A program made the position numbers and the translations under genes. Positions 54,308 through 63,073 of a stretch of 64,000 nucleotides of DNA are shown piece after piece (the stretch's first letter is position 1; every line of letters begins with the position of its first letter). The notes beneath the pieces were generated by a model. It was given only the letters and a program-made list of their open reading frames with translations. It ran no database searches and was not told the origin of the DNA. This stretch comes from Rhizomicrobium sp. (GTDB taxonomy: Bacteria; Pseudomonadota; Alphaproteobacteria; Micropepsales; Micropepsaceae): positions 1,439 to 65,438 of the forward strand of contig DASZRY010000001.1 in the NCBI GenBank assembly GCA_035548975.1, read 5' to 3'.

Positions 54308-55824
54308 TCGATCCGACCGGCCAGCATCCGCAACAACTGAAGGTGCGCCACCTGGGCATTGACACCCATTCCGATGCGGTAGTCTTCATGCGAAAGGATT
54401 CGCCGGTGTGCCGGTCGGAAGGTTTTGCCTCCCACAATCGCATCATGCTTTGCGCCGGGGACCGCTACATCATTGCGACGCTCTATCAGGTGGAATCCGG
54501 TCTGCTTGCGGCCGACGAAGCCGGCCTTTCAAGCGCCGCCTGGCAGCGCCTGGAGGCAAAGGATGGCGAAATTGTCATCGCGAAACACGCGCCGCCGCTG
54601 GAATCGCTGAGCCTCGTGCGCAGCCGCATTTACGGACACACGCTCGGCGATGACGCGTTGCATGCAATTGTTGCCGATATTGTGGACGGCCGCTATTCGA
54701 CCATCGAAATTTCGTCTTTTGTCACTACCTGCGCCACGCGTCCGCTAGTCCGTTCTGAAGTGCTGGGTCTCACGCGCGCCATGGTCCGGACCGGCGGGCG
54801 TCTTTCGTGGGATGTTCCGGTTGTCGCTGACAAGCATTCCGTCGGAGGCCTGCCCGGAAATCGTACAACGCCGATAATCGTTTCGATTATCGCGTCGCTT
54901 GGTCTTATTATGCCAAAAACGTCTTCTCGAGCCATCACATCGCCTGCTGGTACTGCCGACACAATGGAGACGCTTGCACCTGTCGTCTTGGATGCCAAAA
55001 AAATCCATGACGTTGTTGAACGCGAAGGCGGTTGCATCGCCTGGGGAGGGGCAGTCGGTCTCAGCCCGGCCGACGACATTCTGATTCGTGTCGAACGCGC
55101 GCTCGATCTCGATACCGAAGGTCAGATGATTGCCTCAGTCCTTTCGAAAAAGATCGCGGCCGGGTCAACACATCTGGTGCTCGATATTCCCGTGGGCCCC
55201 ACCGCGAAAGTTCGCAATGAAGATGCTGCCAAATCGATGACGGCCGGTCTCATGGCAGTCGCAGAATCGTTCGGCATTCGCACGCACATTGTCTGCGGGG
55301 ACGGTACGCAACCCATCGGCCGGGGGATAGGACCCGCACTTGAAGCAAGAGACGTGTTGAGCGTGCTCAAGAATGAAGCGCACGCGCCGCAGGATTTACG
55401 GCAACGCGCACTGAAATTGGCGGGAGCACTTCTCGAATTGGGCGGTAAGGCGCAAGCAGGAATGGGCGAGGACGTGGCGGCCAAGACATTGGATGACGGC
55501 AGAGCATGGAACAAATTCCAGCGCATCTGCGAAGCGCAGGGTGGGATGCGCACACCGCCGATCTCCAGCCATCGAAGGGCGTTATCGGCGGCTCGTCACG
55601 GCGCAGTTGGAACAATCGACAATCGCAAGATTGCGCGGCTGGCCAAACTCGCCGGTGCGCCCGAAGACAAGGCCGCAGGCGTCGAACTGCACGTCAAGGC
55701 CGGCGACACCGTGGTGCGCGGACAGCCACTTTGCACTGTCCACGCGGAATCGCCGGGCGAATTGGCGTATGCGCTGAATTATGCCGAGGCCAATCCCGAT
55801 ATCTTCCAGATCGAAGATATATGA
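54304..55824 (+). CDS. Thymidine phosphorylase family protein of the AMP-phosphorylase type
   Basis: N-terminal extension (LGIDT...VFMR) typical of AMP phosphorylases; DKHSVGGLPGNRTT, KTSSRAITSPAGTAD, SVLSKKIAAGS, GRGIGPALEA. Confidence 0.9.
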   Translation: MIDPTGQHPQQLKVRHLGIDTHSDAVVFMRKDSPVCRSEGFASHNRIMLCAGDRYIIATLYQVESGLLAADEAGLSSAAWQRLEAKDGEIVIAKHAPPLESLSLVRSRIYGHTLGDDALHAIVADIVDGRYSTIEISSFVTTCATRPLVRSEVLGLTRAMVRTGGRLSWDVPVVADKHSVGGLPGNRTTPIIVSIIASLGLIMPKTSSRAITSPAGTADTMETLAPVVLDAKKIHDVVEREGGCIAWGGAVGLSPADDILIRVERALDLDTEGQMIASVLSKKIAAGSTHLVLDIPVGPTAKVRNEDAAKSMTAGLMAVAESFGIRTHIVCGDGTQPIGRGIGPALEARDVLSVLKNEAHAPQDLRQRALKLAGALLELGGKAQAGMGEDVAAKTLDDGRAWNKFQRICEAQGGMRTPPISSHRRALSAARHGAVGTIDNRKIARLAKLAGAPEDKAAGVELHVKAGDTVVRGQPLCTVHAESPGELAYALNYAEANPDIFQIEDI

Positions 55825-56708
55825 GCGTGCCGCTACTCTTCGCTATGCCCGGCAACGAGGCGATGACGCAGCGGCTCGTGCCGCTCACGCGGGGCGATGT
55901 GGGAACACTGCAGGTTCGCAATTTTCCCGACCGGGAAACCTATTTGCGATTTCGCGACAAGCTTTCCGGCCGTTCGGTTGCTTTAGTTTGCACACTCGCA
56001 GATCCCGATCCCAAAATACTTCCGTTGCTTTTTGCGGCCGACACTGCGCGCGAGTTGGGCGCAGTAAAAGTGGGTCTCGTTGCACCATACCTTGCCTATA
56101 TGCGGCAGGACCGCCGTTTCCATCCGGGCGAAGCGATCACCTCGCAGCGATTTGCGGCAATCCTTTCGCAATCCCTCGATTGGCTTGTCACGATCGATCC
56201 GCATTTGCACCGCTACAAATCGCTTGCCGAACTCTACAGTATTCCCACCCGTGTTCTGCACAGCGGCACGACTCTGTCGAAATGGATTGTCGAAAAGGTC
56301 CCCAATCCGTTCATTGTTGGACCGGACGAGGAAAGTGAACAATGGGTGGCTGAGATCGCAAGAGAGTCCGGCGCACCATATAGCGTGTTGCATAAACGGC
56401 GACTGGAAGACGAACGGGTGGAGATCGACGTAGGCCACCTCGGACCTATTGGAAACAAAACACCGATTCTGGTGGACGATATCATCTCAAGCGGCGGCAC
56501 AATGCTGGAAGCTATTCGAAAGCTTGCGGAGCTCGTTCGAATTCCGCCAGTCTGCCTTGCCGTGCACGGGATATTTGCAAATCACTCGGACCAGCTTCTC
56601 GTCGATGCCGGCGCACGCTTGGTCACTACCGACAGCATTGAAAATCCTCACGCCGAAATCGGCATTGCTCCTTTGCTGGCGTCTGCCATCTCCGAATTCG
56701 TGTCTTGA
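55821..56708 (+). CDS. prs: Ribose-phosphate pyrophosphokinase (accessory, archaeal-like short type)
   Basis: FPDRETY, PYLAYMRQDRRF, DPHLH, GPDEES, HKRR, VDDIISSGGT. Confidence 0.9.
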   Translation: MSVPLLFAMPGNEAMTQRLVPLTRGDVGTLQVRNFPDRETYLRFRDKLSGRSVALVCTLADPDPKILPLLFAADTARELGAVKVGLVAPYLAYMRQDRRFHPGEAITSQRFAAILSQSLDWLVTIDPHLHRYKSLAELYSIPTRVLHSGTTLSKWIVEKVPNPFIVGPDEESEQWVAEIARESGAPYSVLHKRRLEDERVEIDVGHLGPIGNKTPILVDDIISSGGTMLEAIRKLAELVRIPPVCLAVHGIFANHSDQLLVDAGARLVTTDSIENPHAEIGIAPLLASAISEFVS

Positions 56709-56724
56709 AGAAGCGGGAATATTC

Positions 56725-57183
56725 GTGCCCCAGGTCAGCGCAGGAATTCTTCTCTACCGGAGAAAGGGCGGCGAATTGCAGGTGTTTCTTGTTCATCCGG
56801 GGGGTCCTTTCTGGGCGGGGAAAGATGTTGCCGCCTGGTCGATTCCCAAGGGCTTGATCGGCCCCGATGAAAACACGCTTGACGCCGCCAGACGCGAATT
56901 TTTCGAGGAAACCGGATTTCGCCTGGATGGCGAGGCTCATGAACTTGGCGTTTTCCGTCAACCAAGCGGAAAGCGAATCCATGTTTGGATCCAGAAAGGC
57001 AATTGCAATCCTTCGCGCCTCGTGAGCAACAGATTTAAGATGATTTGGCCGCCGAAGTCCGGCAAGACGAAGACTTTTCCCGAAGTCGATCGTGGCGGGT
57101 GGTTCAAAAGGCAAGAAGCCATGGCGAAAGTCGCCAAAGGCCAACGGCCAATCATCGAAGCGCTTTTCAAAAAGTTTGGCTAG
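56725..57183 (+). CDS. Nudix hydrolase
   Basis: Nudix box GLIGPDENTLDAARREFFEETG; HPGGPFW, FPEVDR; GTG start. Confidence 0.9.
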   Translation: MPQVSAGILLYRRKGGELQVFLVHPGGPFWAGKDVAAWSIPKGLIGPDENTLDAARREFFEETGFRLDGEAHELGVFRQPSGKRIHVWIQKGNCNPSRLVSNRFKMIWPPKSGKTKTFPEVDRGGWFKRQEAMAKVAKGQRPIIEALFKKFG

Positions 57184-57186
57184 GGG

Positions 57187-59574
57187 TCATTGAGATGCAG
57201 GCTGCTCCGGCGAAAGGCCGGCTGCAATTGCATCCTTCAAATGTTCGAGCCAGATAAATTCCAACTTATCGCGCGCTTCGGTGGGAATGTCGTCAAAATC
57301 CTTCCGGTTGCGTGCAGGCAGCATGACGCGTTTGATACCGGCACGCGCGGCAGCAGCGACTTTCTCCTTTATGCCGCCCACGGGAAGCACCAGCCCCCGC
57401 AAACTGATTTCGCCCGTCATCGCGGTGTCGCTACGAACGGTGCGATCCGTCATCAAAGAAATCAGCGCCATGAACATTGCAACGCCTGCGCTTGGTCCGT
57501 CTTTGGGCGTGGCGCCCGCCGGTACGTGAATATGAATATCGCTCTTCTCGAAACGGGCGGGATCTATGCCTAGGGAAGCCGCCGAGCCTTTCACAACGCT
57601 CAACGCCGCTTGCGCACTTTCGCGCATCACTTCGCCGAGCTGGCCGGTCAGGATCAGCTTGCCGCTGCCAGGAATGCGCGTTGCCTCGATAAAAAGTATG
57701 TCTCCACCCACGGGAGTCCAGGCAAGGCCGGTGGCCACCCCCGGAATGCTTGTGCGCAATGCGACTTCATCTTCGAACACTGGCGGCCCCAGGATTTCTT
57801 TGAGATCGCTTGCACCAATGTGCACCGTGCCCGGCCGGCCTTCGGCAATGCGCACGGCGGCATGGCGCAATGCCTTTCCAATCTGCCGCTCGAGGCTGCG
57901 AACGCCGGCTTCGCGCGTGTAGTGATCGATTATGTCGCGAATCGCATCATCGCCAAGTTCCGCCTGACCTTCCTTCAGACCGTTGGCTTCCATTTGCCGT
58001 CCAACGAGGTAGCGTTTGGCAATTTCGAACTTTTCGGTGGCTGTGTAACCGCTGAGGTTGATGATCTCCATGCGGTCGCGCAGCGGACCTGGAACTGTAT
58101 CCAACACATTTGCTGTAGTTATAAATACGACGCGGCTCAGGTCGAACGGCACAGCCAGATAGTTGTCCCGGAATGTCGCGTTCTGTTCGGGGTCGAGTAC
58201 TTCAAGCAAGGCTGCACTGGGGTCGCCCTGTATACCTGCGCCGAGTTTATCGATTTCATCGAGCATCATCACGCAATCGCGTGAGCCCGCCTTGCGGATC
58301 GCCTGAATGATATTGCCCGGCAGCGAACCGATGTAAGTCCGCCGATGACCGCGAATCTCCGCCTCATCGTGCACACCGCCAAGGCTGACGCGCACGAATT
58401 TGCGCTTCATTGCGCGCGCGATGGACTGGCCAAGCGATGTTTTTCCCACGCCTGGCGGTCCAACGAAACACAAGATCGGCGCCTTGCCCGTTGGCGCCAA
58501 TTTGCGAACCGCGAGATATTCCACGATTCGCTGCTTAATCTTTTCGAGACCATAGTGGTCCGCGTCCAGAACGCGGCGCGCCTCCGCCATGTCGATAGGC
58601 GCTTCTTCCGGCAATGCCCAAGGAAGTTCGATCAACCAGTCGAGATAGGTGCGCACCATGCTGTATTCGCCTGCGGCTTCCGGCATGCGCTCCAGCCGCT
58701 TCAATTCCTTGCGGGCCTGGTCTTCGACCTCGCGCGGCATTTTTGCTTTGGCGATCGCCTCCGACAGTTCTGCTAATTCAGCGGCCTTGCCTTGCTCGCC
58801 GCCTTCGCCGAGCTGACGCTGGATTGCCGCCATTTGTTCGCGCAACAAGACTTCGCGTTGCCGTTCGTCCAGGGCGGCTTTCGTTTGCCGGCCGATTTCC
58901 TGCGAGAGGCGCTGGACCTCGATCCGGTGGGCAAGGAGCTTGGACACCTTTTCCATGCGCGCGGAAATATCGATCGTTTCGAGGATCTCCTGCTTTTCCT
59001 CCGGCTTGATATCCATGTAAGCCGCAGAAAGATCCGCAAGCGCTCCTGGAGAATCAATTGCTTCGATCGCAGCGATCAATTCCGTGGGCGCTTGCGGAAG
59101 CAATTGGACGGATTCCAGTGCCTGCTGTTTGAGTACCGAAAGCCGCGCTTCGATCTCGGATGATTTCGCAGTGGGCTCCGAAATTCGCAGGACACGCGCT
59201 GCCATGAACGGCCAACCGTCAAGAAATTCCGTAATTTGAAATCGCTGTTCGCCCTGACAAACGAGATGGGTCGACCCATCTGGCGCTGTGAGATAGCGCA
59301 CGATATTGGCGACGGTCCCAACTCGATGCATGTCCAAAGGAGACGGCTCGGCAACTTCGGATTCGCGTTGCAGCAAAATGCCGACGGGTGTCTGCAGTCG
59401 CACCGCCTGCTGCGCCGCGGCCAATGACCGCGGACGTCCAACAGTCACGGGAAATACAATTCCCGGAAACAGCACGAGATTGCGTACTGGCACGATGATC
59501 AAAGCATCCGATGGCAATGGCTTTTCTTGCGCCGTCCCGCCGCCGCCACCCGTGTCATTACGCAAATCAGCCAC
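57187..59574 (-). CDS. lon: Lon (La) ATP-dependent protease
   Basis: DADHYGLEKIK, GPPGVGKTS, RGHRRTYIG, PKDGPSAG catalytic Ser, VGGIKEK; GTG start with GGAG RBS. Confidence 0.96.
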   Translation of the reverse strand: MADLRNDTGGGGGTAQEKPLPSDALIIVPVRNLVLFPGIVFPVTVGRPRSLAAAQQAVRLQTPVGILLQRESEVAEPSPLDMHRVGTVANIVRYLTAPDGSTHLVCQGEQRFQITEFLDGWPFMAARVLRISEPTAKSSEIEARLSVLKQQALESVQLLPQAPTELIAAIEAIDSPGALADLSAAYMDIKPEEKQEILETIDISARMEKVSKLLAHRIEVQRLSQEIGRQTKAALDERQREVLLREQMAAIQRQLGEGGEQGKAAELAELSEAIAKAKMPREVEDQARKELKRLERMPEAAGEYSMVRTYLDWLIELPWALPEEAPIDMAEARRVLDADHYGLEKIKQRIVEYLAVRKLAPTGKAPILCFVGPPGVGKTSLGQSIARAMKRKFVRVSLGGVHDEAEIRGHRRTYIGSLPGNIIQAIRKAGSRDCVMMLDEIDKLGAGIQGDPSAALLEVLDPEQNATFRDNYLAVPFDLSRVVFITTANVLDTVPGPLRDRMEIINLSGYTATEKFEIAKRYLVGRQMEANGLKEGQAELGDDAIRDIIDHYTREAGVRSLERQIGKALRHAAVRIAEGRPGTVHIGASDLKEILGPPVFEDEVALRTSIPGVATGLAWTPVGGDILFIEATRIPGSGKLILTGQLGEVMRESAQAALSVVKGSAASLGIDPARFEKSDIHIHVPAGATPKDGPSAGVAMFMALISLMTDRTVRSDTAMTGEISLRGLVLPVGGIKEKVAAAARAGIKRVMLPARNRKDFDDIPTEARDKLEFIWLEHLKDAIAAGLSPEQPASQ

Positions 59575-59983
59575 GGCCGCGCTCCGTTTTGTGAAGCGTG
59601 ACGACGATGCAGCCGTCCAGTGATGCTCTTTCGACGCCGCTGTATCGTCCCGCCGGCACCACAATCCGCCGGCTGAACCGGCCTTGCGGAAGCTCCAGCC
59701 GGTGGATGGTCGCCGTCGCAAGTTCGCGCGGCAGATGACGCGCGCCCGAAATCACGAGACAGCCCCCGTCGATTCTCGCTTCCACACTTTCGGGATTGAC
59801 GCCTGGCAGGGCAGCGAAGATCAGAATCTTGCTGGCCGTTTCGATGATGTCGACCGGCGGTTCCCAACTGGGTCCCGCCGATCCATGTTGGGGCTCAAAA
59901 AATTGACGGTGCAAGCGCTCCGCGCGCGTGAGCATCTCCACGGCTTCGGACCACATCCAGCTTCGCGGATAGCGATCTTCCAT
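59567..59983 (-). CDS. Hsp20 family protein co-transcribed with lon
   Basis: WEPPVDIIET, AALPGV, HRLELPQGRFSRRI; GAGGAG RBS; overlaps lon start. Confidence 0.88.
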   Translation of the reverse strand: MEDRYPRSWMWSEAVEMLTRAERLHRQFFEPQHGSAGPSWEPPVDIIETASKILIFAALPGVNPESVEARIDGGCLVISGARHLPRELATATIHRLELPQGRFSRRIVVPAGRYSGVERASLDGCIVVTLHKTERGRG

Positions 59984-60094
59984 CGCGGCACTCCTCATTC
60001 CTTTGAACTTATTCCATACCTATCGCCAGAGCGGTTCAAGCCGGGTCGCACTTCCCCATCCCCAGGACAGGTTCCAGAATTTCAATTTGTGACC

Positions 60095-60310
60095 TTAGTG
60101 TTTGCTCAGATGACGCTCGACATACCAAAGCGCTCCGAGCCAAACAGCGATGCCAAGGCCGGCTGCCGCCACCAGCGCATACAAGAGATCGACGTCGCCC
60201 GTAATGCTGAATACGGCTAGAAAAACGAAGGCGGCAAAGCCAATTCCGATGATATGAGCGATCCGGCGAAGGCGCCCTCTTGCTGCTGAATGTTCTGCGT
60301 CGGGCGTCAC
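60095..60310 (-). CDS. Small two-TM membrane protein
   Basis: 71 aa with two hydrophobic helices; follows a perfect FNR box. Confidence 0.6.
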   Translation of the reverse strand: MTPDAEHSAARGRLRRIAHIIGIGFAAFVFLAVFSITGDVDLLYALVAAAGLGIAVWLGALWYVERHLSKH

Positions 60311-60364
60311 ATGAGCCGATCGTTAAACTCCATCACCATTGTGGCGGTTAGATGCCGGAGGGCC

Positions 60365-60378
60365 TTGATTCAAATCAA
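60365..60378 (-). promoter_or_regulatory. Perfect FNR/FixK box
   Basis: TTGATTCAAATCAA, centre ~61 nt upstream of GTG 60310. Confidence 0.8.
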
Positions 60379-60499
60379 CCTTTTCGAGCCCTTTGGGCGT
60401 GAGCAGGTCTCAGGTCCATTGCAGGCGGAAGAGATCGTATTTCATCGCCGCAGTTACCGATTTCTGCTGCAGGAGTTTTCGGCGATTGAAGATGTGGCG

Positions 60500-60690
60500 C
60501 TTGTCATAATTCTGGCCGACGAACCAACCGGGATTCTCGATACCACATCGGTTGCCACTGTTCGGGACATCCCAATGGTTTTGGCACGCCAGCGCGGGCG
60601 AACATTCGCATTCGTTACCCACGGCCAGCAATTCGCAAGCGAGGCCGATCGCACGATCATGGTCACGCACGGCCGCATCGCGCGACCTTC
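60500..60690 (+). pseudogene. Remnant of a LolD/MacB-type ABC ATPase C-terminus
   Basis: ILADEPTGILD...LARQRGRTFAFVTHGQQFASEADRTIMVTHGRI (Walker B, D-loop and H-loop) without Walker A or a start. Confidence 0.7.
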
Positions 60691-60713
60691 ATGCCGACTT
60701 CAGCGTGGAGGCT

Positions 60714-60788
60714 TGGCTGGGGCGGAAGGATTCGAACCTTCGAATGCCGGAATCAAAATCCGGTGCCTTACCACTTGGCGACGCCCCA
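60714..60788 (-). tRNA. tRNA-Gln (TTG)
   Basis: TGGGGCGTCGCCAAGTGGTAAGGCACCGGATTTTGATTCCGGCATTCGAAGGTTCGAATCCTTCCGCCCCAGCCA, 75 nt with CCA. Confidence 0.97.
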
Positions 60789-60964
60789 ACAGGCCCGAAA
60801 CTCAAGGGCTTCCGGGCAGATCCTTCGGCCCGGGCGGGCGCGGAGGCGGCGGACCATAGGGCCTCACCCAGCGCCGTTCAATGTGCCCTAACCACTCCCA
60901 CGCCCAGGCACTGACATTCCGTCACAGGATTGCTAAGGAGGCCCGCCCCAAAGAGAGGCCATTC

Positions 60965-61858
60965 ATGTCTGTCCAGCTTTTCGTCGCTGACAAGGTCGTC
61001 CGGCTCACAATGAAGCGCCGGTTCCGCCGAAATCCCAGCGTGATGGAACTGCGGGCCATTATGGCCCAGATGCCGATTCGCCCCGCACCCCGGCACATCA
61101 GGGTGGAGACGGTGGAGCTGGATGGCATTGCCGCCGAATTGCTGACTTCGCGGTCGGCCAACGAAAACCGGGCCTTACTCTATATTCATGGCGGCGGCTT
61201 CGTGGCGGGCGTCCCTGCGAACCACCGCCCGCTTACCTGGCGGTTGGCAGAGGGCGTGGGCGTGCCTGTTTACGCTATCGATTATCGGCTGGCGCCGGAG
61301 CATCCCCATCCGGCCGCGCTGGACGATTGTGTCACAGCCTATCGGGCGCTCCTTGCGAAAGGTTTGTCTCCGGAGAATATCGCCATTGGCGGAGATAGCG
61401 CAGGGGGTAATCTCACCCTCGCCACCGCGCTGAAGCTCAAGGCGCTTGGCCTGCCGTTACCGGCGGCGCTCGTCTGCTTGTCGCCCGTTACAGATCATGA
61501 AGGATTTGAATCACGTATCGAAAACATCAAGCGCGATGCGATGTTCGATGCGCGAATGATCCCCACCGTGTCGCCTCTGTATTGCCCGGACACCGATCCG
61601 GCGGATCCTTTCATTTCGCCATACCGCGGCGATGTTTCGGGCTTGCCGCCGACGCTGTTCCATTGCTCGCGCGACGAGCTGCTGCGTGATGACAGCATCC
61701 GGATGGCCGAGAAGATGAAAGCCGCTGGCGTGGATACGACCATCGAAGTATGGCCGGGCGTGTTCCATGTTTGGCAGGTCACTGCCGACGTGCTGCCGGA
61801 AGCGAAGAGGGCAGTCGCCAATATCGTCAATTTCCTCAAAGAAAGGCTTGGGCAATAA
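60965..61858 (+). CDS. Alpha/beta hydrolase, hormone-sensitive lipase family esterase
   Basis: HGGGF, YRLAPEHP, GDSAGG nucleophile, HVWQ. Confidence 0.93.
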   Translation: MSVQLFVADKVVRLTMKRRFRRNPSVMELRAIMAQMPIRPAPRHIRVETVELDGIAAELLTSRSANENRALLYIHGGGFVAGVPANHRPLTWRLAEGVGVPVYAIDYRLAPEHPHPAALDDCVTAYRALLAKGLSPENIAIGGDSAGGNLTLATALKLKALGLPLPAALVCLSPVTDHEGFESRIENIKRDAMFDARMIPTVSPLYCPDTDPADPFISPYRGDVSGLPPTLFHCSRDELLRDDSIRMAEKMKAAGVDTTIEVWPGVFHVWQVTADVLPEAKRAVANIVNFLKERLGQ

Positions 61859-62396
61859 ACCAAACACCCAGCGCCGCAAACAGTATGGCACCGCCGATGT
61901 GGATGGCACGCATCGGCAGGCTCGCAGCAAAGTTGTGACCCAGAAAAACCGCAGGCATGTTGGCAACCATCATGCCCGACGTACTGCCAGCCACCACGGC
62001 GAACAGGTCGTGATAACCGGCGGCCAGCGCTGCCGTTGCAATCTGGGTCTTGTCTCCCATCTCGGCGATGAAGAAAGCGATCAGCGTGGCCGTAAATGCG
62101 CTGCGGCCTTCGAGCTTTTCGTTTTCATCGATCTTGTCGGGAATCATCGTCCAGATCGACATGCCGATGAGGCTGACGCCTACGATCGAATTCAGTAAAA
62201 AGGGAGTGAGGTATTTCGCAAATTCCACGCCAATCAGTGCGGCAAGCGCATGATTGGCAATGGTGGCCAGCAAAATGCCCGCGATGATCGGCCAGGGCTT
62301 TCGGAAACGGGCGGCGAGCAGCATCGACAGAAGCTGCGTGCGGTCGCCCATTTCGGCGACGGCGACCGTCGAGACGGAAACGAGAAAGGCCTGCAT
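61836..62396 (-). CDS. TMEM165/GDT1 (UPF0016) Mn2+/Ca2+ exporter
   Basis: Two E-x-G-D-[RK]-T-Q motifs (AEMGDRTQ, AEMGDKTQ); preceded by Mn riboswitch. Confidence 0.93.
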   Translation of the reverse strand: MQAFLVSVSTVAVAEMGDRTQLLSMLLAARFRKPWPIIAGILLATIANHALAALIGVEFAKYLTPFLLNSIVGVSLIGMSIWTMIPDKIDENEKLEGRSAFTATLIAFFIAEMGDKTQIATAALAAGYHDLFAVVAGSTSGMMVANMPAVFLGHNFAASLPMRAIHIGGAILFAALGVWFIAQAFL

Positions 62397-62464
62397 TCAA
62401 GACTCCGGGCCGAGCGGTGAGCGCACAACGGTCGCTGCTTCCCGCTCGGCGCGAGGAAGTGCGA

Positions 62465-62585
62465 ACCGTTGGTCTCGCCAAGTCCCGAAGGCCCCGCACG
62501 CCATGGCTTGAGCTGCAATCGCTACCGCCAAGTATGTTGACGCGCGGCCCGATCAAAGCCGGGCGGCTACTCCCCAATGGGAGCC
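62465..62585 (-). ncRNA. yybP-ykoY manganese riboswitch
   Basis: Minus strand GGGGAGTAGC...CAACATACTTGG...CCATGG...GCGAGACC conserved elements, upstream of a UPF0016 gene. Confidence 0.92.
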
Positions 62586-62617
62586 CGCATTTAGCACGAG
62601 GCAGGTGGATAATCCAA

Positions 62618-63073
62618 TCAGCGGTAGATAAGGCTCATCGTCTCAGCGACGCAGGCCGGACGATCCTGGCCCTGGATTTCTATGGTCACTTCGTTGATGA
62701 GCTGCATTCCGCCCGACTTGGGTTCTGCCGATAGAAGCTTGGCGCGGGCCCGCACTTTCGATCCCACCGGCACCATATTGGTGAAGCGGATCTTGTTCGA
62801 GCCGTAATTGATGCCGCGCGTTACGCCTGCCACCTTCAAAAAGCCGCCCGTCAGCCAGGGGATGAGCGAGAGCGTGAGATAGCCGTGCGCAATGGTCTTG
62901 CCGCCGGGCATTTCCTTCTTCGCGCGTTCAACATCGACGTGTATCCATTGATGGTCGCCCGTGGCATCGGCGAATTTGTTGATCCGATCCTGCGTGATTT
63001 CCACCCAATCGGAAACGCCGGTTTCCTTTCCCACCAGCTTGGGCAGGTCTTCAAATGTCGTCGCGGTGCTCAT
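62618..63073 (-). CDS. MaoC family dehydratase (NodN-like)
   Basis: FADATGDHQWIHVD, IAHGYLTLSL, NYGSNKIRF..VPVGS. Confidence 0.92.
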   Translation of the reverse strand: MSTATTFEDLPKLVGKETGVSDWVEITQDRINKFADATGDHQWIHVDVERAKKEMPGGKTIAHGYLTLSLIPWLTGGFLKVAGVTRGINYGSNKIRFTNMVPVGSKVRARAKLLSAEPKSGGMQLINEVTIEIQGQDRPACVAETMSLIYR

